From IMG/VR virus record IMGVR_UViG_3300028559_000160, positions 1-27,271 of that record: a stretch of DNA of 27,271 bases; one strand, written 5' to 3'. The DNA comes from a virus. Its lineage: Duplodnaviria; Caudoviricetes. Under the pieces are notes generated by a model. That model saw only the letters and a program-made list of their open reading frames with translations. It was not told where the DNA came from and did not search any database. Shown piece after piece: positions 9,301 through 19,100 of the stretch. The position numbers and the translations under genes were made by a program. The first letter of the stretch is position 1, and every line of letters starts with the position of its first letter.

Positions 9301-11352
9301 GCTCGTCCCTACTGGGCAAATAGCTCAACACTTTATCGAGATATAGATAGTTGGGGAACACCGTTTCGTTTAGTAGATAACTACAATATTGTAACTCAAC
9401 CAATCATATCTGATATACAGCTAAACGCAAATAATTTATTTGAATATGAACGCAAATATTCAACATCTTTTAGCTGGGTACAACCTATTAACTATAAAAC
9501 TGAAGTTAATGAAAGTGTATGGTCTACAATTTATTTTAATACCACCGGAGCTTCAAATTTTGAACATATTTTAAACAATTTAACCAATCAATTAGTTGCT
9601 CGAGTATCTAATGATACGTCGCCCATAATATTTCAAAATATTGTTAATAATCAACCCGTTGAAGTTTGGTATAAAGCTCTAAATTCTTTTATTTGGAATA
9701 TAACAGCTGAACCTTCCATTAACAGTGTAGTATATTCTAATCCAATTCCTGAATTAAGAATAGCTGCAGATAGACCTTGGAATAATCTAACAAATAGGTA
9801 TTTTCCAAAATATAATATCACTCCGGCATTAGACAGCCTTTACACAGAACAAGATAGAGGTGGTTTTTTCACCCCAAATAATTTAGGTATATCTACATAT
9901 CTTAATAAAGATTTTATAGGGGTTCTGCAGATCTCTTCTACTGCTTTATCTGGAGTTTTTGAAGATGCCTCTACAAGAGTTGGTGGTCGCGGTTTAACAA
10001 AAGCTGATCAACCTACTCCATATACACAAGTCATAGAGAATAATATATGGTTAAAAGAGCCTATTGTATCAGGTCCTATTGCTGGTACAATAAAAAAACA
10101 AATAACTAAAAAATATCAAAAGTTTATACCCTATCAATCCACATATGAAACTAACCCAAGGTCTCAGGTTGGTCTAATATTACCAACTAGTCGACAGACC
10201 CCTTGGGGTGCAGATCAAGATTTACTATGGACTGATACCGCCAATAAACCAGAAAGCTTTTCAGGGGTACCTAATGTAAGTGCATGGGGTCAATCTCAAA
10301 TTCTTAAAAATACCTCTAAGATGCTCACTAACTGGGTTACTGATATATTTGGTAACCAATACGGTTTATATAAAGATTTACAAGATTTGAATTCTTTTAG
10401 TAATCGGTACACACCAGGAGAGATTTGGATTAGAAAAAACTCTCAGTTTGTATCCCCTGCCCAAATAGCTTTAAGTGCAGTTTTTGATACCTATAAAGCT
10501 TATAACTTCTATAATCAATTAACAGGAGACGGTGTTAGAAAAATAGACATGTTTTTTAATACTCTATATATTGAAACATCTAGTATTATTTTATTAGAAG
10601 ATATTAATTTTAATTATGAAACTGATAATATTTTTAGTATATCTGATAACTCCCGTCAGATACCTTTAATATATGCTTCTAATGATCAGAATATATCTCA
10701 AACCCTTCTTACCCCCGCTTCTACAATACCGGTAATACCAGGAGACACATGGTTTTTCCCAGAAAATAAAAAAGTAATATTAACTGTTTGCGGATTAGAT
10801 AATACAGTACTTTACCCGTTCTTATATGAATATAGTTTAATTAGTAAAGATTTAATTAAAGTATTTCCTAAAAATTTAAGTGACATAAACACGATTAACA
10901 CTCTTAGTAGTTTAGATATACAGGTTATTGAGCCACCGGTTATCTCATACGATGAACTTAAAAAAGAATTTATTTTAACTATACTTGGTAGAAATACCAA
11001 TAATAAAGACAATATTATCGAAATTTCTATAAACAATTTACCTGATATGGTTTTAAACGATATAAATGTTTATACCCCTACAGAAACACTCTATAATAAG
11101 GTGCCACCTTTTGTTATAAGCCCTCTTTCTATATCTACTTCTGCAAATAATATATTTACCTATACGGTTTCAGCTTTAAATGAACCTAATACGTATACTT
11201 TACTAACAGCTACTAATTGGGCATCAGTAAACAATTTCGGTGTATTCTCTCTTACTTCTCCATCATTAATTGGCAATTACTTTTTACCTTTTGTTGTAAG
11301 CAATAACATCGGGCCTACTTATTACTCCTTACATATAAACGTTACAGCATAA
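6349..11352 (+). CDS. Very large structural (baseplate/tail) protein with an internal triple repeat and a C-terminal putative Ig/cadherin-like domain
   Basis: 1667-aa ORF with GTG start. Helical N-terminus includes REEIKK.K.KY...GTTTGV...L. Three '[SA]D[KT]I...AWL' repeats. C-terminus PPFVISP...FTYTVSA.N.P..Y......W.SV...GV.S......G.Y......SN..G....L.I.V resembles putative Ig (He_PIG-like) domains. Confidence 0.7.
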   Translation: MAINTQQLNLFSKPISQATSARDTNSPLSYKEWYTSYTGIIPGQELALYNSYLINWYNQKKDQYTSLTTQTRLNYLTLLKQLQIFYSNEEAENWYSQVNLDSEKELLIAIPYFAKKLKEIALYYLNIREEIKKNKIKYNVVGTTTGVTQELQEQLLTLFTKRPNQSVSIPSSIWTNISELSSVKDNLVIQFEELYDDHEYSDQSATLPVSAYYNLDSKNLKDFFETKNLPLTATNWIYKQGTYDINDEELTFNIDLATQILQKYIGENKFAVSTSTPAPSSSTEFYDIVISSGNNNFYWPKGVYKPDISTVTIYKPVPLTASNIQDLGVAGDSILNSDTIFVKSAKGIEGAWLRFKQYDETDAAVNSYIEGNKTTTFKFPFPGFGLSGEDIEWSGPSLNFTTEYSYLETEIKEAINAAYWNTDTSNFQITPISLNSTTLIDSGAYANDSYLLADKITIRPNPPLYDSTNYSGEIQEAWLYKITKTDIPVNIGNSVIVWPYQRVDPNEQFPSYIPSNINTVCEPLNLSSIPVPGATSSRYLSSADKIYKIQNYTDTIDLAVECAWLSGTEAIYENRTGVSQPSLNGIFKSGEYSRFIWEGPDLTDADLVFKTIKHQPDCTFTTTATSYKDFSLCTCYQTLFTPFGHSGTDYDDNNRVADFIAEDLVPFEAFNLLSWRDIFSTNYTSSSAFGWYRTNKEIGWGDGSWRTGSSLVDNKLYLRYGKTYIYYRAKDTSLNNTLPELVIRYPYLNPSVKWMKAIKNEINEWVSTDSEADMVIRPGDLLIYEKTATTSYDYISSSTNIQNIGPTAANINTIWSDYNYVTIGASQFGIPQSVTVFYPTDIFTVNGARDVDLSTDYSQYPFTNYNNIVNGVVNWKLTDPFNQEYFINNVARFTFQPNVTGVYTVMLTAITAAKILPGKTYTSTESGLMIFSDIPPITAIDTYITQTTNLSTYSIIRNVPGFVINAQLYGWNYNTNKPASNTIGARPYWANSSTLYRDIDSWGTPFRLVDNYNIVTQPIISDIQLNANNLFEYERKYSTSFSWVQPINYKTEVNESVWSTIYFNTTGASNFEHILNNLTNQLVARVSNDTSPIIFQNIVNNQPVEVWYKALNSFIWNITAEPSINSVVYSNPIPELRIAADRPWNNLTNRYFPKYNITPALDSLYTEQDRGGFFTPNNLGISTYLNKDFIGVLQISSTALSGVFEDASTRVGGRGLTKADQPTPYTQVIENNIWLKEPIVSGPIAGTIKKQITKKYQKFIPYQSTYETNPRSQVGLILPTSRQTPWGADQDLLWTDTANKPESFSGVPNVSAWGQSQILKNTSKMLTNWVTDIFGNQYGLYKDLQDLNSFSNRYTPGEIWIRKNSQFVSPAQIALSAVFDTYKAYNFYNQLTGDGVRKIDMFFNTLYIETSSIILLEDINFNYETDNIFSISDNSRQIPLIYASNDQNISQTLLTPASTIPVIPGDTWFFPENKKVILTVCGLDNTVLYPFLYEYSLISKDLIKVFPKNLSDINTINTLSSLDIQVIEPPVISYDELKKEFILTILGRNTNNKDNIIEISINNLPDMVLNDINVYTPTETLYNKVPPFVISPLSISTSANNIFTYTVSALNEPNTYTLLTATNWASVNNFGVFSLTSPSLIGNYFLPFVVSNNIGPTYYSLHINVTA

Positions 11353-11353
11353 T

Positions 11354-12679
11354 ATGACTACAAGCTATTCCATAATTTCAAGTATAACAGTGCCAGAAAA
11401 TTATTCCTGGGACGACGGTAACCCATTTAGTACCACCGTTTCTCTAGTTACAGGTACAACTAATTCCGGTTATATAATTGGTTATGCCCCTGGTGTAAAA
11501 ATCACTTTTCAAAATAGATCTACAGATGATGAAGGTTTTGATTTTGTAGAATATACATGGAATTTTAACGATTACTATAACTCTCTCTACAATAATATTT
11601 CTTTATCATGTAAACAAAATGTAACACATACATTTATAATGCCTGGGGAGTATACAGTAAGCTTAAAACACTATCAAACTAAAACGATACCTGTTTTAAT
11701 TGACCCTGGTTTACCAACTTTATCATGTCTTGGTAAATATGATATTGAATGGTATTGGGATAATCTTAGCGCAACTAATATTTGCCGTACATGGTTTGAA
11801 ACAGAGTGTAACGCAAGTTTTGAAAAAACCTGGGATGATGAATTAGCATGCCTCGGTAGATTTTGTAAATTTTGGTCTTGGACTCAACTTGAAAAGCAAG
11901 GAGGGGCTAACCCCGTAACTTGGGAACAAACTAAAACTGAAGCAGAATTTACAAAACGTTGGTTATACGAACCACCCACAACAGTCTGTTCTTCTGGAGA
12001 GAATGCTACATTTATAGATGTACAACAAGTACAAGAACAAACTTATACTCCATCGACAATAACAGTACGAGTACTGGAAATTAAACCTACTGCTAATATT
12101 TACTCAATTACTCAACCTACTACAGGGGTAACACCATACACTATTGAACTAACACCTCAAGAAACAAAAAGTGGTAGTTTCCCTATTGATAGAATCGTTT
12201 GGGACCCAGGGGATGGATCAGGCCTTAAAACAGTAACACGCCTCGAGGCTCCCGATGTAAACACCTTTACCTTTACAAATTATTTTTCTGCTGATCCTTT
12301 AGACCCTAGAAATTATAATCTATTACATACATATAAAAGAGGTCTTAAAACTTACCCTATTTTTTACCCCTCATTAACAGCATTTAGTAGCTCCACGGAT
12401 AGTTATGATACATGCTCGACAACAGTTGGTCCGATAGTTTTATCATCTATCTCAGGACAAACTCACCTTTTAGGGGTTCGTAATAGTTCTGCCGGTAGAT
12501 TATATAGCATACAAACTCAAGATTATGTCTCCTTTATGACTACACAAACAGCAACAAACACTCAAGAATATGTAATTACTATCCCTAGCAACCCTATAAG
12601 ACCTATTATATTACAAGAGCAAATATTACGCGGTAACAACGGGGCAGGTTACCCTGAACAGAGTATATTTGTATGCTAA
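11354..12679 (+). CDS. PKD-domain structural protein with a Trp/Cys-rich repeat insert
   Basis: PKD-like ITFQNRS...YTWNFND...HTFIMPGEYTVSL, a second PKD-like TG.TPYTI.L...IVWDPGDGS...HTY, and two W/C repeats at 11726-11974. Confidence 0.7.
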   Translation: MTTSYSIISSITVPENYSWDDGNPFSTTVSLVTGTTNSGYIIGYAPGVKITFQNRSTDDEGFDFVEYTWNFNDYYNSLYNNISLSCKQNVTHTFIMPGEYTVSLKHYQTKTIPVLIDPGLPTLSCLGKYDIEWYWDNLSATNICRTWFETECNASFEKTWDDELACLGRFCKFWSWTQLEKQGGANPVTWEQTKTEAEFTKRWLYEPPTTVCSSGENATFIDVQQVQEQTYTPSTITVRVLEIKPTANIYSITQPTTGVTPYTIELTPQETKSGSFPIDRIVWDPGDGSGLKTVTRLEAPDVNTFTFTNYFSADPLDPRNYNLLHTYKRGLKTYPIFYPSLTAFSSSTDSYDTCSTTVGPIVLSSISGQTHLLGVRNSSAGRLYSIQTQDYVSFMTTQTATNTQEYVITIPSNPIRPIILQEQILRGNNGAGYPEQSIFVC

Positions 12680-12692
12680 CCTAAAACAACTA

Positions 12693-12699
12693 TTAAATA
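12693..12699 (+). promoter_or_regulatory. Late-promoter-like TTAAATA
   Basis: Intergenic, 6 nt before ATG 12706. Confidence 0.65.
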
Positions 12700-12705
12700 T
12701 TACAA

Positions 12706-13635
12706 ATGGCTAAGGTTACATATAAATCTTTAACAGCTTTACAGCCGGTTGAATTAAGATACGAGTACTTTAATAATGAAGTATTAAAGACAGAATCGGT
12801 CGGCTTTACTGAAGGGTATAATTTTTATAAAACCACAGGTCTTATTAATTTTACAGATACTTCTATTAATAAAGGCTCATGCTTTGTACTAACTACAGCC
12901 ACAAGTCTTAAAGATTTTTTTTCTGAATCTACTAATTTATCTATAGGGGAAATACCCGGAACGTTTAAATTACAACCTCGTAACTCTTTGATCTATTATG
13001 CTGGCTATGATTCTACAACAAACACTATAAACATTAATTCATTTGAAGGTACTAATTTTTTTATAACCCCTATAAATTCTGCGGGCAATGAGGTTGAGAT
13101 TCGATTAGGGGATCTCTATTTGCAAATTGATAGCACTTACCCGTATACAGTTAGATTAGGAAAAAAAATAATTGTTGAAGAAGAGAAATATAGACAACAA
13201 TTTATTTTTATGTTTGCAAACGGCTTTATTAGCTTCAAAGCTTTAACTAATGCTGGTTACCGCTATTTAAGTTATGGTACTGATAACATTCTGAGAGCTG
13301 TAGGACTCATTTTAAATGATTCTATAATAAATGACTACTATTTTAAATGTATTGATGTAACTACAAATATTATGCCTTATGGTTATACTCCAACAAATAA
13401 CTGGGTAACATACTTTCTTGATTTTCCAAATCAAGTAAATAATAAAGATGTTTCTCTTAATAGAGAATTTATTAATACTCCAGTAAACTTCTTAATAGAT
13501 TTTCCTATTGAACAGGCAATAAAAACAGGTAAAACAACTCTTAATATAGCAAATCTTAAAACTGGCTTTACCCCTGCTGGTGGACCTACCCCAGTAGATA
13601 ACAGTTATACCGAACCAATACTTACTACAAATTAA
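12706..13635 (+). CDS. Hypothetical structural protein (309 aa), central region possibly beta-trefoil-like
   Basis: Intact ORF whose stop overlaps the next ATG (TAATG). Patterns VEIR....YLQID and QQFIF...NGFISFK....YRYLSY suggest a beta-trefoil, but the fold call is weak. Confidence 0.6.
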   Translation: MAKVTYKSLTALQPVELRYEYFNNEVLKTESVGFTEGYNFYKTTGLINFTDTSINKGSCFVLTTATSLKDFFSESTNLSIGEIPGTFKLQPRNSLIYYAGYDSTTNTININSFEGTNFFITPINSAGNEVEIRLGDLYLQIDSTYPYTVRLGKKIIVEEEKYRQQFIFMFANGFISFKALTNAGYRYLSYGTDNILRAVGLILNDSIINDYYFKCIDVTTNIMPYGYTPTNNWVTYFLDFPNQVNNKDVSLNREFINTPVNFLIDFPIEQAIKTGKTTLNIANLKTGFTPAGGPTPVDNSYTEPILTTN

Positions 13636-16091
13636 TGAACAATTTTAATCAAAGAAAATACTATAAAATTTTTTCAGGTTCTAATCAAACGGGCGGTTAT
13701 GATAAAATTCATTTAGGTTATGAATCTGAAACAGCTGAAATTATTTTAAAAAAAGATAAAACTACCTCTTTTCATGTACCGTTTTTTAGCTCTATAAAAG
13801 ATTTGATACCTGAACAAATTATAGGGGACGGTGCTGTACCCGGACCCATACCCGCTATGGCGGATCGTATTTTTCAAAAACAGAGCGGTTATGGCCAAAC
13901 TACACCATGGGGATCTACAACCGGGCCAGCAGACGGTAAATGGCTGTGTAGTTGGTTGTATTCTCTTTCAGGTGAAACCCCTCAGTGGTTAGACCGTTAT
14001 TATAACCCAGGTCGAATAACTTATGATGAAGCCTTTAAGGGAGAAATAACCCCTGAAGGGTATAAAAAGAATGACCCGGTTTTTATAGATACGCCATCCT
14101 CTATGAAAATAGAGCCAGGGGTTTATTATCAGTATTTTCATAATGGTGAAAAAACAGCACAAGAAATAGTTAATACCTTTGCTGGTAATGATAGCTCTCA
14201 TTTAAGATTAGATCTCGATACTTGGACTAGTATACCGCCCGATAAATCAATTTATAATAATCAAGTGTTTATTAATAATTTTAAAGACGCGTGGTCTATA
14301 GATCTAAAGGAGCCTGATGTAATAGATAGAAATGCTTTAAATTTTAAAAATAATAATTTTATAGATGCACGAGTCACTTATTCTGATAATTACAATTTAT
14401 CTAATGAATTTACTATTAATTTTTGGATACAAGAAGATAATTGGGACAACGCTACCAGCACTCAGTTAGTTGGCAATTTTAATTACGGAGGCTATGGCAT
14501 TTTTTATAATAATTTAAAAAACTATCCATTTTTTGTAATACCGGAAACATTTTATGGACATCTTTTTTTCTTTAATCAAGAAGGTAACAACTATTTAGAT
14601 AAAAGCACTCAGCCAGTTATAACCAATATAGATACTCCTTTATTAAGTGGCTCTAGCTCCCCTATAAAAGTTGCTATTAACGGAGAAGAAGAGCTAGTTG
14701 TTATTGACACCGGGGTACTCAACAGTGTCTATAAAGTTAATCACTTAGGAGACATTTTAGCTATACCTAGAACCTCTAGCGGTACACCTTTAGTTATTAT
14801 CGGAAATTTAAAAGATCTTATTATAGATAAAAACAATAGTTGTTATATTATAACGACAACTAGTACTTACTTTTTTGATAAAAATTTAACTCTTATAAGT
14901 TTATCTGCTGATAGACCTTATATTGATAACAAAAAATTTGCATATGACATTAACGGTATCTTACAAGAAGAAATATGCTTAGATTTTAAATTTGATAATT
15001 TAAACAATAAATGGGTTATTAATTTGCAAGGAGATCTTTTTTTTAATAATCAGCAAATAATCAATATAACAGACTGTACAAGTCTAGCTATTGACCCGAT
15101 GAATAATATATGGGTTTTATATGATAGAAATAAAATTGTAAAATATAACGCTGAAACTTTATTACCAACAGCTACTTACGAAGTAGGTTTAAATGCCAAT
15201 AATGGAGTACGTAACTTAAGCTTTATTAGTAGTTATGATCGAAATACAAATACTCAAACTTGGTATGCTCTTGCCTATTATAGCGACGATCAAATATTAT
15301 ATCAACTAACACTAAACGGAGAAATTAAACAACTCACCTTTATACCAGATAAAATTAATATTGAGCAGTCTCCACCAGCTCAACAAGACAAGAGCCTTCT
15401 TAAATTTTCTGCAACCGGAGATTTTACAGGTTACGAATGGAAGCGGATATTTAATAATGTGCTTTATGGTAATACCCCACAAATACAATTTAAAATTGCA
15501 GCTCAAACATCTATAAAAAATACCCCACTAACCACTTTTACAGTATCGGTTCCAGTTCAATATTTTTCTGACAATACATGGCATTTAGTAACCTGTACAT
15601 ATGAAAATCAAACAATGAAGGTTTATATAGATACTAGATTAAGAGACCAATTAACTCTACCTGGCACGTATAATTTAAGTTATGTAAGAAAAAATGATCT
15701 TTATATTGGTACCCCAAGTGGTAAGTTTACAAATCTTAATATTGAACTTAACTCAAAAGCATTAATATTTAACGGCTATATTGACAATATTAAAATATAC
15801 GATTATGCTCTTAAACCAGAAAGTTTACAGCTGTTTTTAAGGTCTCGCTTTATAGGCCAAGATCTAACTTGGAACCTGCCTACAGCCCCACTGCAGTATA
15901 TAGAAGGTATAGATAGATTTTTTAAGCATAAGTTACCAGGATCTAAAAGTACCTTTTTTAAGTTAAAATTATCAGGCCTACAAATAAAGGACCCGGGTAC
16001 ACGTAAAACAGTAGAGGCTTTTATAAAAAACGCCATACAACAAACAAAACCAGCTTATACAGAGTTATTACATATAGAATGGGTAGAGTAA
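13635..16091 (+). CDS. LamG/concanavalin-A-like domain protein with an inserted beta-propeller and a C-terminal 'KPAYT' wedge-like tail
   Basis: LamG motifs FTINFWI, WHLVTCTY....MKVYID, LYIG, FNGYIDNIKIYDYAL. Propeller blades such as SLAIDPMNNIWV lie between them. C-terminus IKNAIQQTKPAYTELLHIEW. Confidence 0.78.
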   Translation: MNNFNQRKYYKIFSGSNQTGGYDKIHLGYESETAEIILKKDKTTSFHVPFFSSIKDLIPEQIIGDGAVPGPIPAMADRIFQKQSGYGQTTPWGSTTGPADGKWLCSWLYSLSGETPQWLDRYYNPGRITYDEAFKGEITPEGYKKNDPVFIDTPSSMKIEPGVYYQYFHNGEKTAQEIVNTFAGNDSSHLRLDLDTWTSIPPDKSIYNNQVFINNFKDAWSIDLKEPDVIDRNALNFKNNNFIDARVTYSDNYNLSNEFTINFWIQEDNWDNATSTQLVGNFNYGGYGIFYNNLKNYPFFVIPETFYGHLFFFNQEGNNYLDKSTQPVITNIDTPLLSGSSSPIKVAINGEEELVVIDTGVLNSVYKVNHLGDILAIPRTSSGTPLVIIGNLKDLIIDKNNSCYIITTTSTYFFDKNLTLISLSADRPYIDNKKFAYDINGILQEEICLDFKFDNLNNKWVINLQGDLFFNNQQIINITDCTSLAIDPMNNIWVLYDRNKIVKYNAETLLPTATYEVGLNANNGVRNLSFISSYDRNTNTQTWYALAYYSDDQILYQLTLNGEIKQLTFIPDKINIEQSPPAQQDKSLLKFSATGDFTGYEWKRIFNNVLYGNTPQIQFKIAAQTSIKNTPLTTFTVSVPVQYFSDNTWHLVTCTYENQTMKVYIDTRLRDQLTLPGTYNLSYVRKNDLYIGTPSGKFTNLNIELNSKALIFNGYIDNIKIYDYALKPESLQLFLRSRFIGQDLTWNLPTAPLQYIEGIDRFFKHKLPGSKSTFFKLKLSGLQIKDPGTRKTVEAFIKNAIQQTKPAYTELLHIEWVE

Positions 16092-16123
16092 TAAAAAATC
16101 TTTGTATTTTTAATTTTCAACCG

Positions 16124-16130
16124 TTAAATA
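16124..16130 (+). promoter_or_regulatory. Late-promoter-like TTAAATA
   Basis: Intergenic, 6 nt before ATG 16137. Confidence 0.65.
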
Positions 16131-16136
16131 ATCTAA

Positions 16137-19100
16137 ATGGCTCTTGGTGCAATAACAGTTAGTGCAGTCCGCTTTGATAACGAACCGTTTGTAAGATCGT
16201 TAACTGCGACAATATTGCCAGGCACTGGTACAGTACCCTTTGGTACAGAAACTGTTGCTTGGCTTTATAGTGATGAGGTCTGGGCTGTTACAAAAACCGG
16301 TCAAAGTTATGTATCTGAAACAACTGGAACATACACTCAATTAAGTACAGTTTATTTTTATGTTTCTACTGATACATACGATTTTCGAGTAGCATCCTAT
16401 GATTTATTTGAGCAAGTAATTTTAGCAGTATATTTAGACCCAGTTCCTAATATTTTTTCTTCAGATAGTGTACAGATCATATACGACAATTTCCCTAATA
16501 TTCAAGTACCGACTTTGTATTTTAATAATGAAAATACAAATTTTTCATCATTATTTTATAGAGAAAAAAGACCTCAGTATACTTTTAATTTAAGCGCAAC
16601 TGTCGAGGAATCTTTTATTAACCCAACAAATTATCTACTTTCAAGTGAAAGTTTTAATAGCTGGACAATACAAAAAAATATAACAGCTACTAAACAAGGG
16701 CAGTTATCTCCAGACGGGGAATCATTAGCTACACTACTTATACCTATTAGTACAAGCATTTTTAACACAATAGGTTCTATTTCTAATTTTAATAATATAT
16801 TAGGTACAACCCCTCACCCACCAGGTACGTATACCGTTGGGCCAACCGGTTACACTGTTTTTGGTAATGGACAAAACGCAGTTTTTGATATAAAAGTTAC
16901 TAGCGCTAGCGCTGTATCAGCAATTGAAATTTTAAATGGAGGTCAGAATTTTAGTCCAGGAGATCTTATAACTATTAATAATTCGATTTTTAATTTAGAA
17001 ACAGATACTTACCCGATCAGCTTTGAAGTAGAAAATATTTTAAATGTAAATCATGAATTAGGACAAAATGTCTATCTAGACCCCGATACCTATACATACT
17101 CTGTTTTTGTTTATCCGTTGAGTGGTAAGTATGTATATCTTAAGGGCTTTAATAAAGGAGAGGTTATTTTTGATATTGAGCAAGGTCTGTCATATCCAAA
17201 TGGAAATTGGTTAAATAGTACAGTAGATTTTGTTGATACGAGTTTACCTATCTTTAACCCTTTAGGTGTAGGTTTTAACGACGTAGTTCGTTCTGTAGTT
17301 GTATCAAGTGATCGAATTTTTGTAGGAGGAGACTTTACCTCTTATAATAATATACCAGTAAATCGTTTTATATGTTTAGATAGAGACGGTGTACCAGTAC
17401 CAACATTCACTGTCGGCTCTGGGTTTGATAGTAGTGTACGAGTTATAACACCGTCCCAGGACGGTTCAAGTTTATTTGTCGGGGGAGATTTTACAGAATA
17501 TAGTGGTATAAGTGCAGGTCGTATTATTAGTATAAATGCTTCTACGGGAGATGCCCTTCCGGGTTTAACCGCGCTTCCGGGCTTAACAGGGTTAGGGTTT
17601 AATGATCAAGTTTTAAGTATAGCAGTATCTGGCACTAATTTATTTGTTGGAGGAGCATTTACAGAATATAGAGACGTTTCTTCTAACAGAATAATTTGCT
17701 TACAAAGTGAAGATGGAGCAGTAAATTCTAATTTTATAACCGATTCCGGATTTAACGATATTGTTAGAACTATTGCTGTTGATTCATCAAATAATCGTGT
17801 TTACGTTGGGGGGGACTTTACACAATATAAAACTACTACTACAAAGGTACAAAGAATTATCTGTCTTAATAGAGTAGGAAGTTATGTCAGTGGCTTTACG
17901 CCAAATACTTCGGCTTTTGATGATTCTGTTTTTGCTTTAAAATTAGATAGTGATAATAAAGTACTGGTAGGTGGTAGTTTTACTAATTACGATAAAATTA
18001 ATAGAAGAGGGATTGCTCGTCTTTTAACAACAGGGAAAACAGATGCAGCCTTTAATCCCGGAAACGGGTTTGAATATGAAGCCGGCTCTACAACAAGAGC
18101 AACAGTTAAAAGTATTACAATCGATCCAGTAGATACAAATATATATGTTGGAGGTACCTTTACTGTTTATAATAATGAGCCTAATAATAAAGGTATAATT
18201 TCATTAACCCCTACAGGTTCAAAAAATATCGACTTTAATAATAGCAACCTATACTCTACACTAGAGCTTGAAGATTTAGCATTAACTATAGAATTATTAA
18301 GTAATTCGATATTTGTAGGTGGAGCGTTTAATTTAATAAGAACTAGACCTATAGGGAGATTAGTAGAATTAAACAAAACCGGTACTATACCAACACTAAC
18401 TATAACAGAAAACCGTTTTCAGTTATGGAGACGCTGCACTGCTACTTTTTCTCTATCAGATGGAGACAATTATGATGCTTATATTGGCATAACTACAAAT
18501 ACAGAAAGCGTATCATCAGCAACTACAGGAACTGAAACACTACTTATTTGGGGTAGTCAAATTAATAGAGGGCAAGCTAGTACTTTTGCCCCCTATATAT
18601 CAACTCTTCATGTACCAAGAACTGTAAAATATAATGATACTTGGATTTCATTTAATAATAGTAATATAAAAGCTGGTACTGTACCTCTTACTTCAACAAT
18701 TTATTCTGCTCTTTGTAGCTTTAATACCCCAACCCCCACTGTTTGCAGTATTAATATTACCCTATCAGCTAGATCTACCTTTGATTCCTTTTCACCTTGG
18801 TTTACACCACATATAGTAACAAATAGTTTAACCGGTGTGTTTCTACAAAAAATGCTAACCGCAGACTTTATAGGTTTCCCTGTAAACTATTTTGATTCAT
18901 TTGGAAGACAGATTACTGATTTAAATTTTGTAACTGAAACATACACGACGTCTCCCGGTTTATGTTTTTATGGAGAGGGTCATACCGAGGTTATAAAACT
19001 TTCTGCAAAAAATCAAACAGATATTAGTAGCTACTACTGGACAATAGGCAATGAAGATACAAGTTTTTATGATATATCAGCAATTGATTCTATTAATGGG

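Noticed and set aside
17808-17814. G7 homopolymer in the delta-60 region (also A8 at 13161-13168) as a phase-variation tract
   Set aside because: It encodes the conserved VGGD motif in frame. The runs are short and there is no sign of a frameshift.
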